A stretch of 51,367 bases of DNA. It comes from Candidatus Binatia bacterium. Its GTDB lineage: Bacteria > Desulfobacterota > Binatia > UBA1149 > CAITLU01. The translations under genes were made by a program, and so were the position numbers. The DNA is taken from the NCBI GenBank assembly GCA_046260515.1, contig JBHEPB010000041.1:1-51367 (forward strand), read 5' to 3'. Shown here in pieces: positions 20,088-29,129 of the stretch (position 1 is the stretch's first letter; each line of letters begins with the position of its first letter). The notes under the pieces are model-generated. The model did not search any database. It saw only the letters and a list, made by a program, of their open reading frames with translations, and had not been told where the DNA came from.

Positions 20088-20807
20088 CTACTCGTCGGGC
20101 CACTTCTGCGGACTGCACATCCCGACCAAATGACGACCGTCCTCCTTCGCCTCCACTACAGGCAGCGGTCGGGCGTTCCTTTCCAGATAGTCCGCAAGAA
20201 GTGACTTGAGCCGTCCCGTTCGTTGAAGGATCCCACTGGCGATTTCGCGAGCGGTCTTCACGTTGTTTTCCGTCATTCCACCGCGTGAGCAGGCGGTCCG
20301 AAGGGCCTCGAACCAGTTCTTGGCTTTGCCGATATCTACACTATTGAGCTTGAGCGTTGCCCGCACGTTGGCCGGCGCCGACGGGTTCTCGGAGAGCGAT
20401 CCACAGGCTGAATCTTCGGGGGCGAGCATTGAACTGGTTCCCATCTCTGCGTTCGACAACGCCTCCAAGGCCATGGTGTTGAGGGCCGTTTCCGTAAAGC
20501 AGTTCTCGACTTGGGCGAGTAGATCCTGGGATCTAGATGATTCGAGTTGCTGGGCAAGCTTCTCGACTCGCTGAGTAAGCTCCAAGAAAGCCTCCGATTC
20601 AGCGACTCCCGGGAATGCTCTGATTGCTGCTGCTTGGAAGGGCGCAAGTACTTCCTCTAAATGGGATTTTTCCAAGGACAACTCGTCAATCTTCCAGAAC
20701 GCGTAGACGTTGCTCCCGATGAGTACCACGAGAATCATTAGCCCGACCGTCCGTCGAGCGAGGCCCTTGGGGAGGAGTTTGATGAGCTCGTCTATTAGTC
20801 GGTCCAT
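20088..20807 (-). CDS. hypothetical membrane-anchored protein (N-terminal TM plus a helical/coiled region)
   Basis: 239 aa. The TM segment is TVGLMILVVLIGSNVYAFW. The helical stretch contains LELTQRVEKLAQQLESSRSQDLLAQVE. It is the first gene of the low-GC operon. No family recognised. Confidence 0.6.
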   Translation of the reverse strand: MDRLIDELIKLLPKGLARRTVGLMILVVLIGSNVYAFWKIDELSLEKSHLEEVLAPFQAAAIRAFPGVAESEAFLELTQRVEKLAQQLESSRSQDLLAQVENCFTETALNTMALEALSNAEMGTSSMLAPEDSACGSLSENPSAPANVRATLKLNSVDIGKAKNWFEALRTACSRGGMTENNVKTAREIASGILQRTGRLKSLLADYLERNARPLPVVEAKEDGRHLVGMCSPQKWPDE

Positions 20808-20889
20808 ACTCAGGTCGCTCGGAAACAGGCCGTTGTGACAGCAAAGTTGCGGGCTACGCCGCTTCGGTAGCCGAGCGGGCTCTTGCTCA

Positions 20890-21350
20890 GATTGCTCCTC
20901 CGGCTAACTTCCCAATATCCCGCCCGATTTGTCCTTCAATATCTCCGCGATACGCCGCGATACACCGCGGCCAGCTGCGTATATTGCGTCCCGCCGCAGC
21001 CCGAGCAAGCCCAACCCTGCGATGTGCCACGCCATAGGTCCAGCGGCAGAGGCCATGCCCCGCGGCCGGTGTCCGCCGCCGAGTTCAGTGCCTCACGTCA
21101 CAGATGGCCGCATTCACGCAGCCACCCCAGCCGTGAACTTGCCCCGGAGCTGCGTCGCCAGGGCGGGCGGGCCGTGGCGATCCAGATCTTCACGCGGCAG
21201 GCACGGGATGATCGAGCCTACGGCTGGCGTAGCGGAGGCAAGCCTGGATGTCCGCCAGACCCAGATTCTGTGGATCCGCGATTACCTCTTGAGGAGCAGG
21301 CCAGTCGCAAGCAGGTCGAGGAAGACAACGACTGAAATAATCGGCGGTCG
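20890..21350 (-). pseudogene. possible decayed DUF433-like / DUF5615 (PIN-like) pair
   Basis: Hand translation of the minus strand gives RGPRPPIISVVVFLDLLATG. After a frame change it gives PQEVIADPQNLGLADIQACLRYASRRL, which looks like a DUF433 C-terminus. Its TGA (21189-21191) overlaps a GTG that opens VKIWIA. After another frame change comes PPALATQLRGKFTAGVAA, resembling the N-terminus of DUF5615-type partners. Downstream there are several stops and frameshifts. Recognition is from memory of family consensus only. Confidence 0.3.
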
Positions 21351-21419
21351 CGGCCCACGCAAGACTTCAGGTCCGCATGCGACCGCCCGACCGGTCAAGC
21401 GAATCGCCCGTCGCCACTT

Positions 21420-21689
21420 CTACAGCTGGCGTAACAATCGCTCGTATTCAGGGTGCGTCCCAATCCAGAACCAAACGACGTCCTGTCCGTCGAGCGTCGC
21501 CACCGCGCGGTAGCCGAGCCCGATGCGAGCAGAGTAGATCGGGAGCGTCGGGTGGACGCGCTTGAACTGCAGCCCAGGATGGGAGGGGTCGTCTCGGAAC
21601 AGCCGGTAGGCATGTCGCGCTCGACGACGCACCTGGGCTGGGAGTGCCGCCAACGCGGCGCGGAATCTCGCGGTGGTCCGCGAAGTCAT
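21420..21689 (-). CDS. type II toxin, RelE/ParE superfamily
   Basis: 89 aa with PGLQFKRVHPTLPIYSARIGLGYRAVATLDGQDVVWFWIGTHPEYERLL. Its start overlaps the upstream antitoxin stop (ATGA). Confidence 0.8.
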   Translation of the reverse strand: MTSRTTARFRAALAALPAQVRRRARHAYRLFRDDPSHPGLQFKRVHPTLPIYSARIGLGYRAVATLDGQDVVWFWIGTHPEYERLLRQL

Positions 21690-21904
21690 AGTGCGTCGGG
21701 ATCTAGTGGCTTCGACAGGCCCGCGCGGTGCTCGCGGAGGGCTTCCTCTGCGAGGCGCTCCAGAGTCGGAAGAGAACCGGCGATCGCTGCGTCGAAAGCC
21801 TCTTCAGCGCGGAGTTCCTCGAGAATCGCTTCCGCGAGTTCGTCCTGCTGCTGGATGGGCAGCTTGGAGGCGATCTCGAATGCCTTCTGAAGCGCGGTCG
21901 TCAT
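21686..21904 (-). CDS. cognate antitoxin (small acidic helical protein)
   Basis: Internal ATG 21904. The product reads MTTALQKAFEIASKLPIQQQDELAEAILEELRAEE..., 72 aa. It is coupled to the toxin gene. Confidence 0.7.
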   Translation of the reverse strand: MTTALQKAFEIASKLPIQQQDELAEAILEELRAEEAFDAAIAGSLPTLERLAEEALREHRAGLSKPLDPDAL

Positions 21905-22021
21905 GGCGACAAGATACTCCGTTCCGCGAGGCTCGGGCAAATCCCAAATTGCGGCTGACTTCCAAGTATCCCGCCCCGCGACCCTCGACAATGCGTCCCG
22001 GCCCGCCCTCCAGAACAACCC

Positions 22022-22867
22022 TCACTCCCGCCCAAACCTCCCCTCAAACCCGCGCAGCGCCGCCACGTACTCCCCCCTGCTCACCGCAAACGCATCATTA
22101 TGCCCACCCCGCAATTCCACGAAGTGCTTCGGCCCACCCGCCGCGTTGAACAGCGCCTGCCCATGCGAAAACGGCACAAGCTCGTCACCGCGCCCATGCA
22201 CTACCAGCAGCGGCGCCGAGAGTCTCGGCATCCTCTCCAAGCTCGGATACCCGAGCCGAACAAAACTGCGCAGCCCCGGCACCGGCATCACCGTAGCCAC
22301 GACGTCCGCGATCGAAGTGAACGTCGCCTCCAGCACCAGCCCCGCTACCGGATGATGCTCCGCCAGCCACGTCGCCACGCCGCCGCCGAGGGAGCGGCCC
22401 ACTACGAGGATGCGCGACGGATCGATGCCGCGGTCGACGCTCAAGTGACGCCAGGCGGCCTTGGCATCCAGGTAGGTCCCTTCCTCGGTCGGTTCGCCCT
22501 CGCTGCGGCCGTAGCCGCGGTAGTCGAGCAGCAGCGTGTTCCATCCCACTTCGCGAAAAACCGTCGCGGCTTCCACCCAGTACGAGACGTTGCCCGCGTT
22601 GCCGTGCAGGAAGAGCACGGTCCTTTCGGCGCCGGGAGCCGGCAGCCACCAGGCGTGGATGCTGAGGCCGTCCTCCGTGCGCAGCTGCACGTCCTCGCGC
22701 TCGAAGCCGTAGTCGGCGGGCGCGGCGATGAAGTCGCGGATGGGGAAGTAGAGGAAGCGTCGCTGGAAAGCGGTCAGCATGATTTCTCGCGGCCAGGGCA
22801 GCAGTAGCGCGGCGACGACTGCGACCAGCACGGCCGCGGGAGCCAGGCGCCGCGCCCTGCCACTCAC
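22022..22867 (-). CDS. alpha/beta hydrolase
   Basis: LFLHGNAGN, nucleophile elbow GRSLGG, and HGRGDELVP. It has an N-terminal TM or signal segment. Confidence 0.85.
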   Translation of the reverse strand: MSGRARRLAPAAVLVAVVAALLLPWPREIMLTAFQRRFLYFPIRDFIAAPADYGFEREDVQLRTEDGLSIHAWWLPAPGAERTVLFLHGNAGNVSYWVEAATVFREVGWNTLLLDYRGYGRSEGEPTEEGTYLDAKAAWRHLSVDRGIDPSRILVVGRSLGGGVATWLAEHHPVAGLVLEATFTSIADVVATVMPVPGLRSFVRLGYPSLERMPRLSAPLLVVHGRGDELVPFSHGQALFNAAGGPKHFVELRGGHNDAFAVSRGEYVAALRGFEGRFGRE

Positions 22868-23727
22868 GCCTTGGCCGTCACGATCCAGACGGCGCCGGCC
22901 ATCTTCACGCCGTCGGGGCCTGCGTGGCCGGCGATCGCGTCACGGACTTCGCGGGTCACCGTGTGGCGAAGCTCGGGCGGGGCGTCCACCATCAGGCGGC
23001 TGAGGGGACCCAGCTCGACTAGGAAGTCGGCGGCCTCTTCGGCGCTGCCGCCGCCTCCGACGGTGAGGACCACGTCCACGCCGGCGATGTCGATGCCCTT
23101 GAAGCCGGACTCGCCAAGAATCCTGTCCACGCGCGTGGCGTCGGCGAAGGCGAAGGGCCCCGGGGCTTCGGGATTGGGCGGGGCGTCTATCGTGACGTGC
23201 TTGAGGGCCGCCATCATCGGCACCGTCATCCAGGGGTTGCGGTGCATGGCCTGCCAGCAGGCGAAGGCCAGGCGGCCGCCGGGCTTGAGGCTCCTTCGCA
23301 GGTTGGTGAAGGCCCGCGTCGGGTCGTCGAAGAACATGACGCCGAAGCGGGAGAAGAGCACGTCGAATTCGGGCTGGAAGTCGTGGGCCTGGGCGTCGGC
23401 CTCCAGGAAGGCGGCGTTGTCGATGTCGGCGGCGCGGGCCCGGTCGCGGGCCAGTTCGAGCATGGTGCGGGAGATGTCGATGCCGGTGGCCCGGCCGCCG
23501 GGGTTCACGCGCGAGGCGATCTCCAGCGTGGTCGAGCCGCAGCCGCAGCCCACGTCGATCACGGCGTCGCCGCTGCGAAAGGCGGCGGCTTCCATGGTCG
23601 TGTGTCCGATGGCGTCGAGCTGGTGGTCGAGCAGCGCCTGGTAGCGCACCCATTTCGGGCCGCCCACCTCGTTCCAGTAGGCGATCTGCTCGGCGTTCGA
23701 TGCTCCAGTAGAGAGGGATGTCGTCAT
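22864..23727 (-). CDS. class I SAM-dependent methyltransferase
   Basis: Internal ATG 23727 preceded by AGGAAGGA. Motif I is VIDVGCGCGSTT. The stop overlaps the start of the downstream hydrolase gene. Confidence 0.85.
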   Translation of the reverse strand: MTTSLSTGASNAEQIAYWNEVGGPKWVRYQALLDHQLDAIGHTTMEAAAFRSGDAVIDVGCGCGSTTLEIASRVNPGGRATGIDISRTMLELARDRARAADIDNAAFLEADAQAHDFQPEFDVLFSRFGVMFFDDPTRAFTNLRRSLKPGGRLAFACWQAMHRNPWMTVPMMAALKHVTIDAPPNPEAPGPFAFADATRVDRILGESGFKGIDIAGVDVVLTVGGGGSAEEAADFLVELGPLSRLMVDAPPELRHTVTREVRDAIAGHAGPDGVKMAGAVWIVTAKA

Positions 23728-23902
23728 GTCGTCCTTCCTGTGGCCAAGCTGCCCTGCCGGGAAGCTCTCTTCCCGGCGCCGTGGCGGCAGACTAGCTTCG
23801 TCTTGTGAGAAGTCGAAATGTCGTTTAGGTTCCGGCGCCCCATAGGGCAGGTCCCGCCTCTTTCGTGCGCGGATCGCAGACGTTTCCCGAAGGAGCCCGC
23901 CC

Positions 23903-24769
23903 ATGGCCATGCCGAACGGAATCGGCGTCATCGACCTCATGCTCGAGCTGCCCACGGACGACCGCGGCACCTGGTACGACTTCATGAAGCCCCTGCTCAT
24001 GGACCAGGAAAGCCGCGAGATGTTCAAGATGCCGGCCGAGTACATGTTCAAGTCCATCCCCACGGTGCGCGACTCCGACGACTACATCGGCATCGCGCTC
24101 GACGAGATGGACAAGCACGGCATCGAGAAGGCGATGATCAGCGTGCGCTTCGGCAACCCGCTGGGCGCTCGCGCCCTCAAGGAACACCCGACGCGCTTCA
24201 TCCCCAGCTTCGCGGTCAATCCGAACCTTGGGATGGAAGGGGTGCGCGAGCTTCGCAATGCTGTCTCCGAGTTCGGCGTCAAGGCTGCCACGGCCTTCCC
24301 CGCGGGCTGCGTGCCCCAGGTCCCGATCAACGACAAGAAGTTCTTCCCCATCTACGCGGCCTGCATCGACCTGGACATCCCCATCTTCGTTTGCGCGGGC
24401 GTGCCCGGCCCCCGCGTGCCGATGATGTGCCAGGACGTGTCGCTCATCGACGAGGTGTGCTGGTTCTTCCCCGAGCTTCGCTTCGTGACCCGCCACGGCT
24501 GCGAGCCGTGGACGGACCTGATGGTGAAGCTGATGCTCAAGTACCCCAACCTCTACTACTCGACGAGCGCCTTCGCGCCCCGGCACTACCCGAAAGACAT
24601 CGTGGACTTCGCCAACACGCGCGGGGCCGACAAGATCCTGTACGCCGGCTATTTCCCGATGGGGCTCAGCCTGGAAAGGATCTTCAAGGACATGCCCGAG
24701 GTACCCTTCCGCGACCACGTGTGGCCGAAGTTCCTGCGCGAGAACGCCATGAAGGTGCTCAAGCTCTGA
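23903..24769 (+). CDS. amidohydrolase family protein (amidohydrolase-2/ACMSD-like)
   Basis: 288 aa beginning MAMPNGIGVIDLMLELP. The composition is real-gene-like (K, F, Y, M, D). The family is assigned by overall resemblance only. Confidence 0.75.
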   Translation: MAMPNGIGVIDLMLELPTDDRGTWYDFMKPLLMDQESREMFKMPAEYMFKSIPTVRDSDDYIGIALDEMDKHGIEKAMISVRFGNPLGARALKEHPTRFIPSFAVNPNLGMEGVRELRNAVSEFGVKAATAFPAGCVPQVPINDKKFFPIYAACIDLDIPIFVCAGVPGPRVPMMCQDVSLIDEVCWFFPELRFVTRHGCEPWTDLMVKLMLKYPNLYYSTSAFAPRHYPKDIVDFANTRGADKILYAGYFPMGLSLERIFKDMPEVPFRDHVWPKFLRENAMKVLKL

Positions 24770-24775
24770 CCAACA

Positions 24776-24792
24776 GGCGGCCGCAGGCCGCC
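24776..24792. terminator. short GC hairpin between convergent genes
   Basis: GGCGGCC-GCA-GGCCGCC, followed by GGTTCAAAA. It lies between the amidohydrolase stop and the DsbD-like stop. Confidence 0.35.
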
Positions 24793-24812
24793 GGTTCAAA
24801 AGGGAGACGGAG

Positions 24813-27143
24813 TCAGGCCGCCGCGCTGTCGAGGGCCGCGCGCACGATGGCCGGCGTGAGGAGCTGGGGCAGCACGATGGGTTCGCGGGCCGGGTCGCGG
24901 GGATAGACCACGTACAGCGGCACGCCGCTGCGCCCGAAGGCGGCCAGCGCTTCGGTGATGCGCGGGTCGGCACGGGTCCAGTCGGCCTTCATCACGATGG
25001 CCGAGTGGGCGCGGATCGACTCGGCGAACTCCTCGCCGGTCAGAGCCACGCGCTCGTTCACCTTGCACGACAGGCACCAGTCGGCGGTGAAGTCGACGAA
25101 GACCACGCGTCCCTCGCTGCGGTGGCGCGGGATGGCTTCCGGGTCCCAGGCCAGCCACTCCACTCCATCCGCGTGCACGGTGTCGGCCATCGACGACGTG
25201 GGCGACGGCGAGGCGGCCAGCGCCACCAGCAACACGGCGCCCACGATACAGGCGCCGCCGAAGGCACGCGCAAAGAAATGCGCGTGGCCGTCGCGAAAGC
25301 GCCCGAGGGCCCACGCACCCATCGACCCGAGCAGCAGGGCCAGCATCAGGCGCAGCACGCCGTCGTTGCCGGCCTGCTGACCGAACACCCACACCAGCCA
25401 CGCCACCGTGGCCAGCAACGGAAAGGCCATCAACTGGCGAAACGTCTCCATCCAGGGGCCGGGCCGCGGCAGGCGGCGCAGCAAGGCGGGAACGCAGGAC
25501 AGCACGAGGTAGGGCGCGGCCATGCCCGCGCCGAGCGAAGTGAAGACGGCCAGCGAAACGATGGCCGGCTGGGCCAGCGCGAAACCGATCGCCGTGCCCA
25601 TGAAGGGAGCCGAGCAGGGCGTGGCGAGCACCGTGGCGACCACCCCGCTCAGGAAGGATCCCCGGTAGCCCGACTCCGAATCGAAACGACCGACAGCGCC
25701 CGACAGCGAGGAGCCGAACTCGAAGACGCCGAAGAGATTGAGGGCCATCGCCGTCAGCAGCGCGGCGATGGCCGCGACGAAGAGCGGTTCCTGGAGCTGG
25801 AAGCCCCATCCCAGCGCTCCGCCCGCAGCGCGCAGCGCGATCAGCAGCCCCGCCAGCACCCAGAACGACACGAGCACGCCGGCGGCGAAAGCGTAGCCGT
25901 GGCGACGGACCAGCGCGGCCTCGTGGTGGGCGACGTGGAGGAATCCGAGGACCTTCAGCGACAAAACCGGGAACACGCAGGGCATGAGGTTGAGGACGAG
26001 GCCGCCAAGGAAGGCCAGGCCGATGGCCACCCAGAAAGTCACGCCGGCGACGACGGCGGATCCGGGCAAAGCGCTTGCCGGCAGGCTGTTTGTCCCGCCG
26101 ACGGCGGGCTCTGCCGTGCGCACTGCTTCAGGCGACGCCGCAGCGGCGTCGAGTTCGGCCGAAGCGACCGCTCCGCCTGCGCCGATCTCCGCTTTCGAAT
26201 CGCCGACTACGCCGGCCGCCGCCGGCGGCCCTCCGATGCGCTGGGCATCGACGCGAAGCGCATGCACGCCACCGGCGGCGTCCCAGCCGCCTTCGGCCAC
26301 GAGCACCAGCCCCAGCGTTTCGGGCAGAGGCTCGGCCTTCTCGTCGCAGGGCGCCTCGATGACGAAGCCGGCCTCGGTCGCGGTAACCGACGTCTGGGCC
26401 GATGCGTCCAGGATGTTGGCCGTCATCGGATAAACCTGGATGCCGGTGGTCGAAGGCCGCGCGAAACCCGGCGCGACAACCTCGATGCGGATGCGCCCTT
26501 CCTGTTCGGCAGCGGTCGCCCTCCAACCCTCCAGCCTGCGCGGCAGGCGCGCACGCGCGGCGTCGAAGGCCTCGCTCCAGCGCGAGTCGCGATGCGGCGG
26601 CGTGTTCTCGACGGCGATGCGCAGCGACAGTGCGGCCTTGCCGGGGATGCAGGCGTCCTCGCGACAGGAAAGGAAGCGGGTCTTCGCGACGAGATCCACG
26701 TGGGAACCGGCGCGCAGGGAGGCCGGAGCTTCGAGGCGGGCCAGCAGCAGGACGTCGCCTTCGTAGCCGTAGGTAACGAGGGGCGGCATGCCGAGGCGGA
26801 CGGGATGGGGCCACTCGAGATCCCCGGACTTCAGGCCGGCGGGGAGGGTCCACTCCACCGTGGTCGGATAGCCGCTGTCGCCGGGGTTCTGCCAGTAGGT
26901 GTGCCAGCCCGGCGCCGGTCTCAGGGCCACGCCCACGGTGAAGGGCTCGCCGGGGCGGATGGTCTCCTGCTCGCTGAGGAGTTCGGCCGAGACGTTGGCC
27001 GAAACGACGGGTTGGGCCCAGGCCACGCCCGCCGCCCTCGCGGTCGGAGCCAGAAAGGCGAGGACGACGAGGAGGGCGGCCATGCAGGGGCCGCTTTGCC
27101 GCAGCGCGTTCGATGCGGCGTGGGGTAGGCGCTTCTTCAGCAT
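24813..27143 (-). CDS. DsbD/ScsB-type thiol:disulfide interchange protein (N-terminal periplasmic domain, TM core, C-terminal thioredoxin)
   Basis: NLMPCVFPVLSLK and ATPCSAPF in the membrane core. The C-terminal thioredoxin motif is DFTADWCLSCK. The signal peptide is MAALLVVLAFLAPTARAAG. The start is uncertain between ATG 27143 and GTG 27176. Confidence 0.85.
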   Translation of the reverse strand: MLKKRLPHAASNALRQSGPCMAALLVVLAFLAPTARAAGVAWAQPVVSANVSAELLSEQETIRPGEPFTVGVALRPAPGWHTYWQNPGDSGYPTTVEWTLPAGLKSGDLEWPHPVRLGMPPLVTYGYEGDVLLLARLEAPASLRAGSHVDLVAKTRFLSCREDACIPGKAALSLRIAVENTPPHRDSRWSEAFDAARARLPRRLEGWRATAAEQEGRIRIEVVAPGFARPSTTGIQVYPMTANILDASAQTSVTATEAGFVIEAPCDEKAEPLPETLGLVLVAEGGWDAAGGVHALRVDAQRIGGPPAAAGVVGDSKAEIGAGGAVASAELDAAAASPEAVRTAEPAVGGTNSLPASALPGSAVVAGVTFWVAIGLAFLGGLVLNLMPCVFPVLSLKVLGFLHVAHHEAALVRRHGYAFAAGVLVSFWVLAGLLIALRAAGGALGWGFQLQEPLFVAAIAALLTAMALNLFGVFEFGSSLSGAVGRFDSESGYRGSFLSGVVATVLATPCSAPFMGTAIGFALAQPAIVSLAVFTSLGAGMAAPYLVLSCVPALLRRLPRPGPWMETFRQLMAFPLLATVAWLVWVFGQQAGNDGVLRLMLALLLGSMGAWALGRFRDGHAHFFARAFGGACIVGAVLLVALAASPSPTSSMADTVHADGVEWLAWDPEAIPRHRSEGRVVFVDFTADWCLSCKVNERVALTGEEFAESIRAHSAIVMKADWTRADPRITEALAAFGRSGVPLYVVYPRDPAREPIVLPQLLTPAIVRAALDSAAA

Positions 27144-27330
27144 GGAGGAGGTCTCGGTCCGGCTTTCGATTAGCACCGGGTTAGCGCGCCCGCGAGCCGG
27201 ATCGCTTCGCCCCGCAGGCGGCGGGCCTTGCGCGATACCCTTCCACGGACTCGGGCCATCCCGTAGGTTGACGCCCGGACGGCCTTCAGGTTTCGCGACT
27301 ATCCGCGAACCCTATGGTTTTCCCGAGCGA

Positions 27331-28488
27331 ATGATGGTCCATATCGCCGACGACTACCAGGATGCGCTGAGCTCCACCGGAGTCGCGACGCTCACGGCCC
27401 TCGGCGCTCTCGAAGCTGCCGCACGCTACCTGCATCCGCCCGAGATCCCGCAGCTGCGAAGTGCGCTGGCTCCGCATTTCGCCGAACTCGAACGAGCGCT
27501 GGCGGTGTATCGCGCTGCGACGCCGCCGGTGCAGCTGGCCGCCTTCCACGCGCGCTTCGGCGACGGCGCCGAGCTGACACGGCAGTCCCTGGAGATGTTC
27601 CTGGCCTCGGCAGGTCCCCAGGAAGCCATCGTCAAGATGCTCGCGAGCCTGCGCACCTTCTGCCGCGCCCTCGAATCGCTCTACGGCCTGCACCGCTTTC
27701 CGCCCCTGTCGCGCTACTTCGTGGAGGCCCCTTTCCACGATCGCCTCGCGGATCTGGAGCGCACGCCGCCCGAAGGCATCAGCGTCGGTCTCCATCACAG
27801 CGGCGGCGAGCGCGGGGCCGACGTGCGCGGCGGCTTCTGCCTCTACGTTCCCGAGAGTTACGACGGCAGCGAAGCCTGGCCGCTGGTGGTGGCCCTGCAC
27901 GGAGGCTCGGGCAGCGGCCGCGACTTCCTGTGGAGCTGGCTGCGCGAGGCTCGCGGCCGGCGTTTTCTGCTGGCTGCTCCCACTGCGCAGGGACCGACGT
28001 GGTCGCTGATGGGGCCCGACCAGGACTCGCGTAACCTGCGCGCGATGGTTGGCTACATTTCCGGGCGCTGGCGCGTGGATCGCAGCCGCGTGCTGCTGAC
28101 GGGACTTTCCGACGGCGCCACTTACACGCTGCTCGAAGGGCTGTCCGAGGATTCTCCCTTCACGCACCTGGCGCCGGTATCGGGCGTGCTGCATCCGGCC
28201 AACCAGGTGGGCGGCAACCTGGCGCGCGCGTCGGGTCGCAAGATCTGGCTGGTGCACGGGCGCCTCGACTGGATGTTCCCGGTGGAGACGGCCGAGATGG
28301 CTGCCGAGCAGCTCGTCGCGGCCGGCGCCGATCTCACCCTGCGCGTGATCGAGGACCTCTCGCACACCTATCCCCGCGAGGAGAACGACCGCATCCTCAC
28401 CTGGCTGGACCCGCGCCTTGCGTTGCCGAGGACGGACGAGATGCCGGCTGCCCAGCCGGCGGCCGGCATTCGCGGCGGCGTCATTTGA
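27331..28488 (+). CDS. alpha/beta hydrolase (phospholipase/carboxylesterase or PHB-depolymerase-like esterase) with an N-terminal helical domain
   Basis: Internal ATG 27331. It contains VVALHGGSGSGRDF and the nucleophile elbow GLSDGA. The upstream part of track ORF 26899-28488 is antisense to the DsbD-like gene. Confidence 0.75.
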   Translation: MMVHIADDYQDALSSTGVATLTALGALEAAARYLHPPEIPQLRSALAPHFAELERALAVYRAATPPVQLAAFHARFGDGAELTRQSLEMFLASAGPQEAIVKMLASLRTFCRALESLYGLHRFPPLSRYFVEAPFHDRLADLERTPPEGISVGLHHSGGERGADVRGGFCLYVPESYDGSEAWPLVVALHGGSGSGRDFLWSWLREARGRRFLLAAPTAQGPTWSLMGPDQDSRNLRAMVGYISGRWRVDRSRVLLTGLSDGATYTLLEGLSEDSPFTHLAPVSGVLHPANQVGGNLARASGRKIWLVHGRLDWMFPVETAEMAAEQLVAAGADLTLRVIEDLSHTYPREENDRILTWLDPRLALPRTDEMPAAQPAAGIRGGVI

Positions 28489-28546
28489 GCGCGAAGCCGT
28501 TCCGGTCCATTCGGGGCAGGACAGCCCGCCGGCTGCAGGAAACGCC

Positions 28547-29107
28547 ATGGCCATACGACCCGTCCTGACCATCGGGAACCCGCTCCTCCGGCAGGTGGCC
28601 CGTGACCTTTCTCCTTCGGAGATCCACTCGGCGCCGTTTCGGCGCCTTCTCGAGGACATGGTGGAAACCATGCACCACGAGCAGGGCATCGGCATCGCTG
28701 CGCCCCAGGTCGGCGAGTCGGTGCAGGCGGCGGTCATCGAGATCGATCCGGAGTCGGCCCGCTACCCGGGGCAGGAGCCTTTTGGGCAGCGCGTTTTCCT
28801 GAATCCGCGCATCACGGTGCTCGACCCGGGCGAGCAGGGTTTCTGGGAAGGCTGCCTGTCGGTGCCGAACCTGCGCGGCTTCGTCGAAAGGCCGCGCCGC
28901 ATCCGCGTGGACTACCTGGACGAGGATGCGATCGAGCGCACGATCGAGGCCGAGGGTTTCCTGGCGACGGTCTTCCAGCACGAGCTGGACCACCTGCAGG
29001 GCGTGCTTTACGTCGATCGCATCCGCGACATGACCAAGCTGGCTACCATCGAGGATTACCTGCGCTACCACCGGGACGATCCCTCGGAGCAGCACCTGCC
29101 GGACTGA
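28547..29107 (+). CDS. def: peptide deformylase
   Basis: All three Def motifs are present: GIGIAAPQVG, EGCLSVP and QHELDHL. Confidence 0.9.
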   Translation: MAIRPVLTIGNPLLRQVARDLSPSEIHSAPFRRLLEDMVETMHHEQGIGIAAPQVGESVQAAVIEIDPESARYPGQEPFGQRVFLNPRITVLDPGEQGFWEGCLSVPNLRGFVERPRRIRVDYLDEDAIERTIEAEGFLATVFQHELDHLQGVLYVDRIRDMTKLATIEDYLRYHRDDPSEQHLPD

Positions 29108-29129
29108 GTTTTCTTGCTGGGGTGGTATC

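Noticed and set aside
19927-20118. 63-aa minus-strand ORF in the gap between the first and second genes of the low-GC operon
   Set aside because: It overlaps the end of the upstream gene and has no RBS. Its Arg/Ser/Ala-rich composition is unlike the neighbouring genes. The gap more likely holds a GC-rich hairpin or insert.
20883-21513. Plus-strand ORFs of 150 and 194 aa in the 20.8-21.4 kb gap
   Set aside because: They are Arg/Pro/Ser-rich with no motifs. The opposite strand gives better, though frameshifted, similarity to TA-like families. I treated the region as non-coding or pseudogenic.
25005-27128. 707-aa plus-strand ORF
   Set aside because: It is antisense to the DsbD-like gene (CVFPVLSLK and WCLSCK motifs). 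Its translation is Arg/Gly/Glu-rich and low-complexity.
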